Below are positions 10,420 through 22,229 of a DNA stretch of 64,000 nt, piece by piece. Made by a program: the position numbers and the translations under genes. Every line of letters begins with the position of its first letter. Position 1 is the stretch's first letter. The notes beneath the pieces were generated by a model. The model did no database searches and was not told the origin of the DNA. It was given only the letters and a program-made list of their open reading frames with translations. This DNA is from Spirochaetes bacterium GWB1_36_13 (GTDB lineage: Bacteria > Spirochaetota > GWB1-36-13), in the NCBI GenBank assembly GCA_001829155.1, contig MIAO01000136.1, forward strand, positions 5,764 to 69,763, given 5' to 3'.

Positions 10420-11073
10420 TTATTGGTTCGGAATAGAAATTACCTGTCCTGGATAAATAAAATCAGGGTTGTTCAGCTTGCCGTTAATCGCAACTATATT
10501 AATTGTTTTAACATTGAACTGTTTCGCTATTTTCCATAAAGCATCCCCTTTTTTCACTTTATAGCTTCCAGCTATTTTAAGATTTTGAGAAGGTTTTACA
10601 GGGTATCGTTTTAAAACTTCATTATTGTATTCCAAAGAAGTGTCTTCGGTAATTTTCTGGTCATTGTTATCAACCGTTTTCTGATCCTCTGTCGTAGTCT
10701 GATTTTTATTATCCGTTACTTTTTCAGTAGTTGTTTCGGTTGTCTTATCGGTGGTGGTCTGAGTATTATCTGTTGTTTTTGTAGTATCATTTGTGATGAC
10801 AGAATTATCTTGCTGTTCTTTTGTATTAATAGATTCTTCAATCTGCTGCTGTTTCAACTGTTCTTTAATTTGTTCCTGATAATTTGATTGGATTGTTTTT
10901 TCAGGCTCTAAAATCTCAATAGATGTTTTACTATTGTACATAATGACCACAATCATCAAAGCAAAAGCAATCACAGCTAAAAGATAGATCACCCAGTCCA
11001 ATTTCTTGTTTTTCTTTTTATCAGTGATTGATTCATTGGTCAGTAATTCCATATTTTTCATTTTTCCTCCCAA
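10420..11073 (-). CDS. Membrane-anchored LysM domain protein with a Thr/Gln-rich linker
   Basis: One TM helix, a low-complexity T/Q/D-rich segment, and a C-terminal LysM YKVKKGDALWKIAKQFNVKTINIVAINGK...PGQVISIP. Confidence 0.75.
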   Translation of the reverse strand: MGGKMKNMELLTNESITDKKKNKKLDWVIYLLAVIAFALMIVVIMYNSKTSIEILEPEKTIQSNYQEQIKEQLKQQQIEESINTKEQQDNSVITNDTTKTTDNTQTTTDKTTETTTEKVTDNKNQTTTEDQKTVDNNDQKITEDTSLEYNNEVLKRYPVKPSQNLKIAGSYKVKKGDALWKIAKQFNVKTINIVAINGKLNNPDFIYPGQVISIPNQ

Positions 11074-11377
11074 ATGCTATTTTCAAGCAAACTTTTATCC
11101 TTCATTTTTTCGGTCAATCTCAGATTTTCAAGTTTATAAAAAACTTTTAAAGTCATTAAATCTCTTTTATTATCGTATATTTTTTTCATTTCAATTATTT
11201 ATTTATGAATAAATTTAAAACCTTAGATAGATAGTTTTAGGAAAATAATTCTATTTATAATTCATAGCCATATGCAATAACCATACTTTTAAAGTTAAAT
11301 ACTAGATAAGTAGCTTTTGATATAATGCATGAATATATATATGTAATTGAAAATTAAATATATAATGTATTATCGAT

Positions 11378-11398
11378 CCTCTACTTTAAAAGTAGGGA
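11378..11398. promoter_or_regulatory. Near-perfect palindrome CTACTTTaAAAGTAG in the divergent intergenic region
   Basis: 7-1-7 perfect inverted repeat with a partially palindromic extension (tcCTCTACTTTaAAAGTAGgga). It lies in a 480-bp AT-rich spacer between the LysM gene and queA. Confidence 0.25.
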
Positions 11399-11513
11399 TA
11401 ATTTACATATTTCACATTTAAAGTAAATTATATAGAAGTTTTTTAAATCTTTTTTAAATCTTTTTTATAAAAGTTTTAAATTTTAATTCCAGAAAATAAA
11501 ACAGGGTGTTTTT

Positions 11514-12545
11514 ATAAAAAAAGAAGAGTTTGATTTTTATCTTCCCGAAGAATTGATTGCTCTAAAGCCTGCTCAAAAAAGAGAAGACTGTCGTCTTTTG
11601 GTCATTGATAAAGAAAATAAAAAATATCAGGACGATATCTTTAAAAATATTTTAAATTATCTTAACGAAAATGATCTTCTTGTTTTTAATAATACCAAGG
11701 TAGATAAAGCACGGTTGTTTGCAGAGAAAAAATCAGGCGGAAAACATGAAATTCTTTTAATAGAGCCTTTAAATCCTGAAAAAACTCTTTGGAAAACCAT
11801 TGCTTCAAAAACTAAAAAACTGAAGCCTGAAACGATTCTTTTTTTTCCACATAATATTCATGCTGTTGTCTCTGAATCAAAAGGAAATGGTATTCTTTAT
11901 TTACAATTTAATCTTTCAATGGAAGACGATGTATTAGAAAAAATAGGAGAACTTCCTCTCCCCCCTTATATTCGGAATAAAAGAAATTATTCCCTTGAAG
12001 ATGAAATAGACTATCAAACAGTTTATGCTTGTGTTCCTGGTTCAAAAGCAGCTCCTACAGCAGGTCTTCATTTTTCAGATGAAATATTAAAAGAATTAAA
12101 AAAAAGGAAGATTCAAACAGCTGATATCCAGCTTTTTGTTTCTCTTGGAACTTTTGAGCCTATTCGGACTGAAACAATTCATGAACATGTCATGCATGAA
12201 GAAGAATTTTTTATTTCAAAAGAGACAGCCGATCTACTCAATGCTCATTTATCTTCCGGCAAACGGATCATTGCTGTCGGAACAACCGTGGTCAGAACTT
12301 TAGAATCAGCTTTTGATGGAGAAAAAATTCTTCATGGAAAGCAAAAAACGACTATTTTTATTAAACCAGGCTATCAATTTAAAACGGTTCGGGGACTTAT
12401 TACCAATTTTCACACTCCTCTTTCCACCCTACTTGTGCTAGTTAGTTCTTTTATGGGAAAAAAATTTACAATGGATGTTTATAATCATGCTGTTGAAAAA
12501 AAATATCGTTTTTTTAGTTATGGCGATTCTATGTTGATTTTATAA
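11514..12545 (+). CDS. queA: S-adenosylmethionine:tRNA ribosyltransferase-isomerase
   Basis: Strong family match (DFYLPEELIALKP, PLPPYI, VGTTVVRTLES, YRFFSYGDSMLI). The conserved N-terminal DFxLPxxLIA motif lies upstream of the track's TTG (11553). No ATG/GTG/TTG is in frame between the stop at 11484 and 11553, so the start is placed at ATA 11514, which has AGGGTG 5 nt upstream. Confidence 0.85.
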   Translation: MKKEEFDFYLPEELIALKPAQKREDCRLLVIDKENKKYQDDIFKNILNYLNENDLLVFNNTKVDKARLFAEKKSGGKHEILLIEPLNPEKTLWKTIASKTKKLKPETILFFPHNIHAVVSESKGNGILYLQFNLSMEDDVLEKIGELPLPPYIRNKRNYSLEDEIDYQTVYACVPGSKAAPTAGLHFSDEILKELKKRKIQTADIQLFVSLGTFEPIRTETIHEHVMHEEEFFISKETADLLNAHLSSGKRIIAVGTTVVRTLESAFDGEKILHGKQKTTIFIKPGYQFKTVRGLITNFHTPLSTLLVLVSSFMGKKFTMDVYNHAVEKKYRFFSYGDSMLIL

Positions 12546-12624
12546 ATTAAAAAAACAGTTTTTTTTTTAATGATGTTAATATTATACTTATTTATCCTTT
12601 TGATGAAAGTTAGGGAGGTTCTCA

Positions 12625-13080
12625 ATGAAAACAATATTTGAAGAGGAATATAAAAAAGGTCTGAAACCAGATGTTTATTTAATGGATGATGACGAAGAGG
12701 AAGATGATTTTGAAGAAGAAGAGGAAGAATTAGAAAGCGAAGATTTGGATGATCTGGATGAAGAAGATATAGACGAAGACGAATTGGAAGATTTGGAAGA
12801 AGAGGATGATATCGATTTTGAAGATTTGGACGAAGATGAATTAGACGATGATTTTGATGAAGATTTCGACGATGAGGACTTCGATGATGAAGACTTTGAC
12901 GAAGAAGATTTTGATGAAGAAGATTTCGATGAAGACTTTGATGAGGATTTTGAAGAAGATTCTGATGAAGAAGACGATGAATTTGATGATGACTTCGAAG
13001 AATTTAATGAAGAAGAATATGAAGAATATTTAGACGATGATTATTATGACTTTGATAATGAAGATTACGACGAATATTAA
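12625..13080 (+). CDS. Hyper-acidic low-complexity protein (about 70% Asp/Glu with F/L/I spacers)
   Basis: 151 aa with a strong RBS AGGGAGG 7 nt upstream of ATG and a terminator downstream. Repeated EDFD/EEDFDE units. It sits between queA and miaB. Confidence 0.65.
   Translation: MKTIFEEEYKKGLKPDVYLMDDDEEEDDFEEEEEELESEDLDDLDEEDIDEDELEDLEEEDDIDFEDLDEDELDDDFDEDFDDEDFDDEDFDEEDFDEEDFDEDFDEDFEEDSDEEDDEFDDDFEEFNEEEYEEYLDDDYYDFDNEDYDEY
12840..12990 (+). repeat. Imperfect 12-15 bp tandem DNA repeats (gaagaagattttgat-like) inside the acidic ORF
   Basis: Visible repetition of gat gaa gac ttt gac / gaa gaa gat ttt gat / gaa gaa gat ttc gat / gaa gac ttt gat / gag gat ttt gaa. Confidence 0.6.
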
Positions 13081-13096
13081 TTTAATTTTTTTAAAT

Positions 13097-13138
13097 AGGT
13101 TTTATCAATTTTCAAAATTGATAAAACCTTTTTTTTCT
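13097..13138 (+). terminator. Rho-independent terminator after the acidic ORF
   Basis: Stem aggttttatcaatttt/aattgataaaacct followed by a T8 run. Confidence 0.65.
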
Positions 13139-13170
13139 TTTAAAACAATCTCTTTCAGCGGTAATTCATA

Positions 13171-14461
13171 ATGCAGTTTTTTTTTGAAACTTACGGATGT
13201 CAAATGAATTTATCCGATTCTTTTGAAGTAGAACAAGAACTTATCAAGCAAGGTTGGAAGAAAACGGATAATGTGAATCATGCGGATGCGGTCTTAATTA
13301 ATACATGCTCTGTCAGAAAAACTGCTGAGACAAGAATTATTGGAAGGCTTGGGTTTTATAAAAATATAAAGAAAACGAAAAAAAACCTGACTCTTCTTGT
13401 TATGGGATGCTTTGCCCAAAAAGACGGAGATTTATTAAAAAAAAGCTATCCGTTTATTGATTTAATTATCGGAACCCAAAATAAGAATAAAATTCCGGAA
13501 CTTTTAAACGCTGTTAAAAAACACAAACCTAAAAAAGCCGTTTTTAATCAGTTTGAAGATCATTTTGATTTTATGGAACCTTCCATTGATCATCAGGCAT
13601 TCTTCAGAGCTTTTTTACCCATTATTAAAGGGTGTAATAACTATTGTTCGTATTGCATTGTCCCTTATACCAGGGGTCGGGAAGTTTCAATTCAAAGCAG
13701 TTTTCTTTTAGATGAATTGAAAAAACTGATTGATAAAGGAGTCAGCGAAGTCTTTCTTTTGGGACAAAATGTAAATTCATACGGAAAAGATATCAGTGAT
13801 ATTAATTTTTCCGAGCTCCTTTTAAAAATTTCTAAATTCAAAGAAATTAAACGGATTAAATTTATGACTTCCCATCCGAAAGATTTTTCAGATGAACTCA
13901 TTCATGCCATAGAAACAATACCTCAGGTGGTCAAACATGTTCACCTGCCCCTTCAAACAGCTTCCAACCGTATTTTAAAACTTATGAACCGAAAATATAC
14001 TTTTGAAGATTATCAGCTTATTATTGAGAAATTAAGAAAAAAAATTCCAGATATTTCTTTATCCACAGATATTTTAAGCGCTTTTCCCGGTGAAACGGAA
14101 GAAGAATATTTACAAACTTTTGAAGCTCTTAGAACCCTCCAATTTGACAAAGCCTTTATATTTCTTTATTCTCCAAGGGAAGGCACTGCCGCTTATCCAT
14201 TAAAAGAAAGTCTCAATCAAAAAGAAAAAAAACTGCGTGTACATCACATGGTTGAACTTCAAAATCAAATCAGCTTTGAAAAATTAAAACGCTTTCTTCA
14301 TACCTATCAGGAAGTTATTCCTGAAAAAATCAGCCGGAAAAACGGGTTTGAATTAATGGGCAATTCCCATTTTGATACAAAAGTTATTTTTCAGGGTGAT
14401 GAGAGTGATTTTGGAAAAATGATTCAGGTAAAAATAAAAGATGTAAAAGGAATGAGCTTAA

Positions 14462-14475
<14 letters not shown>
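13171..14475 (+). CDS. miaB: tRNA-i6A37 methylthiotransferase (radical SAM)
   Basis: ETYGCQMN N-terminus, radical-SAM CNNYCSYCIVP, and a TRAM C-terminus. Confidence 0.9.
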
Positions 14476-16875
<2,400 letters not shown>

Positions 16876-17271
16876 TCAATTTTTAACATATTAAATTTAA
16901 TATAAAAGAACTAAAAAAAATAATTAATAATAAAGATAATAGCCCATATATCTTAAAAGAATTGGTTTAATTTGATTTTTTTTGCTAACTTTACTCTCAA
17001 TAATAAAATCAGCCTAATTTTTATTATAATTTTGATTGGCGGACTAGTCACTTTATCTTTATTTACATAATCAAATTAATTAATTTCAATCAAATATTAC
17101 ATTTTTATAATAAATTTTATTGCAGATTTCTTTCTAAGCTCTTATTATGTATGAGATTAGTCTGGATATTAAAACAAACTAATAATTCAAAAATATTTTG
17201 TTTTTTTAAAATTTATGATTATACTTATTTGAACCACATTAAAAAAGTAACATAAAAACTAGGAGGTTCTT

Positions 17272-17619
17272 ATGAAAGAAATCATGGAAAATTTCATGAA
17301 AATTGTTGAGCAGGCAAAAGGCGCTCAAAAAACAATCGAAGAAGAAATGAAAAAATATTTCGAAATCAACAAAAAAACATTCGAAGATGCCGCTGAAAAA
17401 ATGAAAAAACAATTTGAAGACAATATGAAAGCAGTGATGCAGGCGAATGACTTCAAAGCTTACATGGACAAATCTCTCGATATGATGAATAATTTTATTG
17501 GAACAGACACAATCAAAAAAATGACAGAAATGGTTGAACAATATCCTTTCGTTAAAGAAATGTTTAAATCAGATTTCTTCAAAACATTTATGCCTAAAAA
17601 AGAAACAGCAAAAAAATAA
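17272..17619 (+). CDS. Small K/E/M-rich helical protein, possibly phasin-like
   Basis: AGGAGG RBS 7 nt upstream and a strong terminator downstream. Composition and the FxxxM/K periodicity resemble phasin-type granule proteins; this is a weak assignment. Confidence 0.55.
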   Translation: MKEIMENFMKIVEQAKGAQKTIEEEMKKYFEINKKTFEDAAEKMKKQFEDNMKAVMQANDFKAYMDKSLDMMNNFIGTDTIKKMTEMVEQYPFVKEMFKSDFFKTFMPKKETAKK

Positions 17620-17628
17620 TTTTTTTTA

Positions 17629-17660
17629 AAGAAGCTCTAAAAAAGAGCTTCTTTTTTTAT
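17629..17660 (+). terminator. Rho-independent terminator
   Basis: agaagctct-aaaaa-agagcttct followed by T7. Confidence 0.7.
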
Positions 17661-18385
17661 TTTTCCTCTATTTTTATCCAACCTATTTTTAAAATTTCTT
17701 TATTTTCCAGATGAAATGGAGTCCGCCAGACAATTCTTTCCGGATCTGCAATTAAGCTTCTTCCCTGAATCGGGTAAGAAAGTTTAGGAGTTGAAACTCC
17801 GCATATTTTAACAATCGGAGTTTTTAAAATTTGAGCGTTTTTCACAAAAATGTTTTCATCTCTTAAAATCTTATCTTCAATTTTTTCTTCTTTATAAGGT
17901 GAAAAAGTCGGTAAAAAAACTAATTGAGGCGAAAATGTCTTTAAATTCATGATAATTTCTTCAGAAAGAATATCTGCACAGATTAACACTGAAAAACGAA
18001 TTCCTTTAGCTTCAAAAACTTTGTTTCCAAAACCGGTAGAGATATCCCCCTTCTCCCGCCCAAAAAGTTTTTGTTTATCATATTCCCCTATTAATCTTCC
18101 CTGGTAAAAAACAAAGGCTGTATTATAAAATATTTTATTCTTTTCCCGGATCATGCTTCCGCCAATTAAAACAGTGTCTTTCAGTTTTCTTGAAATATGG
18201 GTAAGATATCTGATATTTTTCTTGAAATCTATTTTTGCATCCGAAAGTTTTGACACTTTTTTAAAGAAAAAGTATTCTGGAAGAGCTAAAAAATCAGGTT
18301 TTTTTCGACTTATTTTCTTTAAAATATTTTCAGGAATTTTTCCTTTTAAATGAGATTGATAAATTGCGACTTTAATTTTTTTCAT
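17657..18385 (-). CDS. Carbon-nitrogen hydrolase (nitrilase superfamily) protein
   Basis: Candidate E-K-C triad: LALPEYFF (Glu), a conserved Lys region, and VLICADIL (Cys). Confidence 0.7.
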   Translation of the reverse strand: MKKIKVAIYQSHLKGKIPENILKKISRKKPDFLALPEYFFFKKVSKLSDAKIDFKKNIRYLTHISRKLKDTVLIGGSMIREKNKIFYNTAFVFYQGRLIGEYDKQKLFGREKGDISTGFGNKVFEAKGIRFSVLICADILSEEIIMNLKTFSPQLVFLPTFSPYKEEKIEDKILRDENIFVKNAQILKTPIVKICGVSTPKLSYPIQGRSLIADPERIVWRTPFHLENKEILKIGWIKIEEK

Positions 18386-19337
18386 AAAGCAGACATCTCA
18401 CAAAATGACTTTCTTCTTCTTCTTTTAATTCTGGATGTATTTCAAGACATTTTTTCATTTTTTTATCACACCGTTCGTAAAAACGGCAGGAATGGAACGC
18501 TATTTTTTTTAATGGAGGCACTGTTCCTGGAATTTCTTTTAATATGGCATTTCCTCCGATTTTTGGAATTGCTTTCATAAGCCCTTCTGTATAAGGATGA
18601 AGAGGATTTTTAAAAATATCCTGACTTTTTCCCATTTCAACAATTTCACCTAAATACATAATAGCAATCCGGTCAGAAAAATCTTTTACCAGCATCAGAT
18701 TATGAGATATAAATAAAATAGCTCCAGATTCCGATCTCAATGTTTCAAAAAGATTCATAATTTCAGCCTGAATGGTCACATCCAAAGCTGTGGTCGGTTC
18801 ATCCGCTATCAAGAGAGACGGCTTGCAGGCAATCGCAATACCGATCATGACTCTCTGGCGCATCCCTCCTGAAAGATGATGCGGATAGAGATGATAAAGC
18901 TCTTCAGGATTTGGAAGTTTTACTTTTTTTAAAATATTTAAACTTTCTTTTTTAGCTTCTTCTTTTGAAAACTGATAATGATGAATAAAGATTTCATCCA
19001 GTTGTTTTCCTATTTTTAAAACAGGATTTAAGCTGGTCATGGGTTCCTGGAAAACCATTCCCATTTCTTTTCCCCTGATCCGGCTCAATTCTTTTTGACT
19101 TTTATTCTGAAGAGGATTTCCTTTTAACAAAATTTGAGATGTCTCAGACAAGACGGCATTTTGAGGGAGAAGATTTAAGGCTGCAAGAGAAGAAAGACTT
19201 TTCCCGCACCCGCTTTCTCCAATCAAAGCTAAAACCTCTCCTTCCGGCAAATCAAGATTAAGTGTCTTAACCGCAGGATAGTAAACTTGATTGATATAAA
19301 AACCAATTTCAAGATTTTTTATTTCTAAAATATTCAT
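18372..19337 (-). CDS. ABC transporter ATP-binding protein, OppD/DppD-like with a Cys-rich C-terminal extension
   Basis: Walker A GESGCGKS, signature LSGGMRQRV, Walker B LLIADEPT. The C-terminus has [16 protein letters not shown]...FVRC (4 Cys). No permease or SBP gene is adjacent. Confidence 0.85.
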   Translation of the reverse strand: MNILEIKNLEIGFYINQVYYPAVKTLNLDLPEGEVLALIGESGCGKSLSSLAALNLLPQNAVLSETSQILLKGNPLQNKSQKELSRIRGKEMGMVFQEPMTSLNPVLKIGKQLDEIFIHHYQFSKEEAKKESLNILKKVKLPNPEELYHLYPHHLSGGMRQRVMIGIAIACKPSLLIADEPTTALDVTIQAEIMNLFETLRSESGAILFISHNLMLVKDFSDRIAIMYLGEIVEMGKSQDIFKNPLHPYTEGLMKAIPKIGGNAILKEIPGTVPPLKKIAFHSCRFYERCDKKMKKCLEIHPELKEEEESHFVRCLLYEKN

Positions 19338-19471
19338 TAACTTTCCTTAAAAGAAGTAATTATATTTAAATTTAATTAAAAATTAACAATATCAAAAAAT
19401 ATAAATTTGATTTAAAAATAGTCTGTGTTAATTTTATAATAGTGTTAAAAATAATCTCATAGGAGAAATTA

Positions 19472-20746
19472 ATGTTGAAAAAACTTTTATATTTTTGCTT
19501 TCTGCTTTTTTTCCTTTCTCTCACTGCGCTTCTTTTTTCTCAGGCTTCATCGGAGGAAAATGAAAAAGAAACAATAAGAACAGAGGAAAGTCAAAACAAA
19601 AAAGACGATCAGATTCAGATAAATGATACCATTACTGAAGACAATCAGAAAACAAAGGTCAATACTGAAGACTATGAAAAAATGCTTAAGATTACAGAAA
19701 AAACATATAAGAAAATAGTCTTGTTTATCAGCGGTATTTATGATAAAACGACTAAAAAGAAATTAAGTGCTTATCTTGCTTTTACCTCTGAATATTTCAA
19801 GTATTTTTTGGAGCAGTCGAAGATTCTGACTGAAAGTGTTCAGGAGAGTAAGCTGTATAATGAAAAATTGAAATTATCGAAAGCTTTTGAGATTTTACTG
19901 GATAAAAAATTCAAAGATATTGAAGTGAAAATCCTAAAACCTGAAACCCTTTTGGATTTCAGACTAAAAACTTTTGAAAGAGCCTTATATGTCTATTTAA
20001 AATCCAAACTTGCTATTTATAATTACAGCCTTATATCTGAAAATAATGAAGCTTCTGATAAACTGGATAAAAAATTAAAAAGCATTTTCAATACTTTTAC
20101 GGTTTATAACAAAGAACTGAGTATCTTTTTGGATAATAATCAAGATCTTTACTGGCAGAACCTTGTTTTCATGAAAAGAGTTTTAGTAATGGAAGATGAA
20201 GATTCCGGGCGATCCATTCCTGAAGTTTTCACTATGGGTGATTTAGATCTGCTCATTGATTTTTTAAAAGGGAAATTTAAGGATTATCAGGGTATAGAAG
20301 TAAAATACGCTTCTTTTAAACAGTCTGAAATGCAAGATGTGAAAAAGAACGGTTATGTTGTTTTAATGAAATACCTGCCGATTACCAATGATCTAGAAGT
20401 TTTAAATAAACAGACTGTGGATGTTTCTGTCAGAGGAGATAATCTGGAAGACATTTTAACCTATACTTTAAATGAAGCCAGCCAGATTATCAATCTTAAA
20501 GTCAGTTCAGATTCAAAAATGATTCAATTGAATGTTGCAGATCAAAACTTTAAAAACTACACACAGGAAGATTTAAGTTTTTCTAAAGTAGCTATTCTTA
20601 AGGCTGAATTGATTTCTAAAAAAGAAATCAAACCGGAAAAGAAAAAAGGTGAAGAAGAGGAAAAAGAAGAATCTTCCACCACTAATAAAAAGAAAACTTT
20701 AGAAGTTGTATTAAGAATAACAATTGGAACTCCAAAAACTAAATAA
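19472..20746 (+). CDS. Hypothetical secreted protein
   Basis: Signal peptide and a K/E-rich C-terminus. No recognisable domain. A terminator follows. Confidence 0.55.
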   Translation: MLKKLLYFCFLLFFLSLTALLFSQASSEENEKETIRTEESQNKKDDQIQINDTITEDNQKTKVNTEDYEKMLKITEKTYKKIVLFISGIYDKTTKKKLSAYLAFTSEYFKYFLEQSKILTESVQESKLYNEKLKLSKAFEILLDKKFKDIEVKILKPETLLDFRLKTFERALYVYLKSKLAIYNYSLISENNEASDKLDKKLKSIFNTFTVYNKELSIFLDNNQDLYWQNLVFMKRVLVMEDEDSGRSIPEVFTMGDLDLLIDFLKGKFKDYQGIEVKYASFKQSEMQDVKKNGYVVLMKYLPITNDLEVLNKQTVDVSVRGDNLEDILTYTLNEASQIINLKVSSDSKMIQLNVADQNFKNYTQEDLSFSKVAILKAELISKKEIKPEKKKGEEEEKEESSTTNKKKTLEVVLRITIGTPKTK

Positions 20747-20760
20747 AACAATGTTTTATT

Positions 20761-20796
20761 GACCAGAAGATTCATTTTTCTGGTCTTTTTTTTGTT
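20761..20796 (+). terminator. Rho-independent terminator
   Basis: gaccagaa-gattcattt-ttctggtc followed by T9. Confidence 0.7.
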
Positions 20797-20870
20797 TTTT
20801 ATAAAACTCTTTTCATTCTCATTACTTAAAATACTAAATTTAAATAACTATTTTTAAAAGTGAGAGAAAA

Positions 20871-22229
20871 ATGTTAAAAGTCAGTGTTTCAGGAATTCGC
20901 GGTGTTTGGGGTGAAAGTCTTGATCATCAAGTTGTATTAGATTATTTAAAATCTTTTGCACACTTTCTGGGGCAAAATCGAAAAATAGCAATTGGAAGCG
21001 ATACCAGAACTACCCGATCCGTTATTAAATATTTAATTCAAAGTGTTTTTGAAAGTTATGGATTTGAAATTATTGATCTCGGAATTATCCCTACTCCTCT
21101 TGTTTTATTTTGCGTTCAAGAAATGGATCTGGATGGAGGGATAGTCATTTCAGCCAGTCATAATCCTGCTCCCTGGAATGCTTTAAAGTTGATAAAAAAA
21201 GGCGGTTTTTTTCTAAACCAAGCTGAAATGACTTGTGTTGAAGAGTATTATAACAACAAAGATTTTATTCCGCTTAATTATCAAAATATTGGAAAAACAA
21301 TTCAAAAAGAAAATATTTTAGATGAATATTTTAAAAAAGCAGAAAAAATGATTGATTTTGATTTAATCCGCAAATCTGGTTTTAAAGTCTCAGCCGATGC
21401 TGTCAATGGAACCGCAAATCAATTTTTGGAAAAATTTTTTCAGATTTTAAACATCAAACACCAAGTTTTATTTACAGATATTCATAAAGAATTTGAACGG
21501 GGCGCTGAACCTCTTCCTGAGAATCTGAAAGAACTTGGGAAAACTGTTTTAAATAATCAATCGGATTTAGGGCTTGCCTATGATCCAGATGGGGACCGTC
21601 TTGCAATTGTTGATGAAAAAGGCTTTCCAATTGGAGAAGACTGGACTCTTGCTATCGCATATTTAAATATTTTACAAAAAGAAAAAACAGATATTGTTGT
21701 CAATCTTTCCACCTCTATGATTATTGATGAAATTGCAAAAAAAGAAAATACAAATGTGTTTAAGGCAAAAGTCGGGGAAATTAATGTAACGGAAGAAATG
21801 TTGAAAAGAAAGATTTTTTTCGGCGGAGAAGGAAACGGGGGGGTCATTTATACAAGAATAAATCACTGTCGGGACAGCATTATTGCAACTCTTTTGATTC
21901 TTGAATACTTAGCTAAAAACAGAATAAAAATTTCAGAAATTGTCTCTCAATTTCCGAAAATTAAGATTATTAAAGATAAATTAGTCTTTACCAAGAAACT
22001 TGATGCCCGGTTTTTAGAAGAAAAAATTGTTGATTTTATCCAAAAATCCGGGCTATCCCTCCGTTCAACCGATTTAAACGATGGAATCCGCATTGACTAT
22101 GAATCAGGCTGGATTCAGGTAAGAGCCTCCAATACAGAGCCTATCATCCGTATTATGGGAGAGAATAAAGATCACTCTATTAATTTAAAACTTTCGGAGT
22201 ATATAAAAAATGTCCTCTCTTCTTTATGA
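20871..22229 (+). CDS. Phosphohexomutase (phosphomannomutase/phosphoglucomutase family)
   Basis: Active-site SASHNPAPWNALK, metal loop DPDGDRLAIVDE, and sugar-binding GGEGNGG. Confidence 0.85.
   Translation: MLKVSVSGIRGVWGESLDHQVVLDYLKSFAHFLGQNRKIAIGSDTRTTRSVIKYLIQSVFESYGFEIIDLGIIPTPLVLFCVQEMDLDGGIVISASHNPAPWNALKLIKKGGFFLNQAEMTCVEEYYNNKDFIPLNYQNIGKTIQKENILDEYFKKAEKMIDFDLIRKSGFKVSADAVNGTANQFLEKFFQILNIKHQVLFTDIHKEFERGAEPLPENLKELGKTVLNNQSDLGLAYDPDGDRLAIVDEKGFPIGEDWTLAIAYLNILQKEKTDIVVNLSTSMIIDEIAKKENTNVFKAKVGEINVTEEMLKRKIFFGGEGNGGVIYTRINHCRDSIIATLLILEYLAKNRIKISEIVSQFPKIKIIKDKLVFTKKLDARFLEEKIVDFIQKSGLSLRSTDLNDGIRIDYESGWIQVRASNTEPIIRIMGENKDHSINLKLSEYIKNVLSSL

Noticed and set aside
11074-11552. 480-bp AT-rich spacer, considered as a possible ncRNA or mobile-element remnant
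   Set aside because: It has no terminal inverted repeats, no ORF and no structured GC-rich core. It is most simply a divergent promoter region; only the short palindrome is noted.
12700-13000. Repetitive DNA in the acidic gene, considered as a possible CRISPR or minisatellite array
   Set aside because: The repeats are 12-15 bp, in frame, and have no spacers or leader. This is coding-sequence repetition, not CRISPR.
12848-13033. 61-aa ORF in an alternative frame of the acidic-protein gene
   Set aside because: It is an out-of-frame reading of a GA-rich repeat. The main frame has an RBS and terminator.
17239-17541. 100-aa minus-strand ORF overlapping the small K/E-rich gene
   Set aside because: The plus-strand ORF has a perfect SD and terminator. 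The minus-strand reading is a Phe/His-rich artefact.
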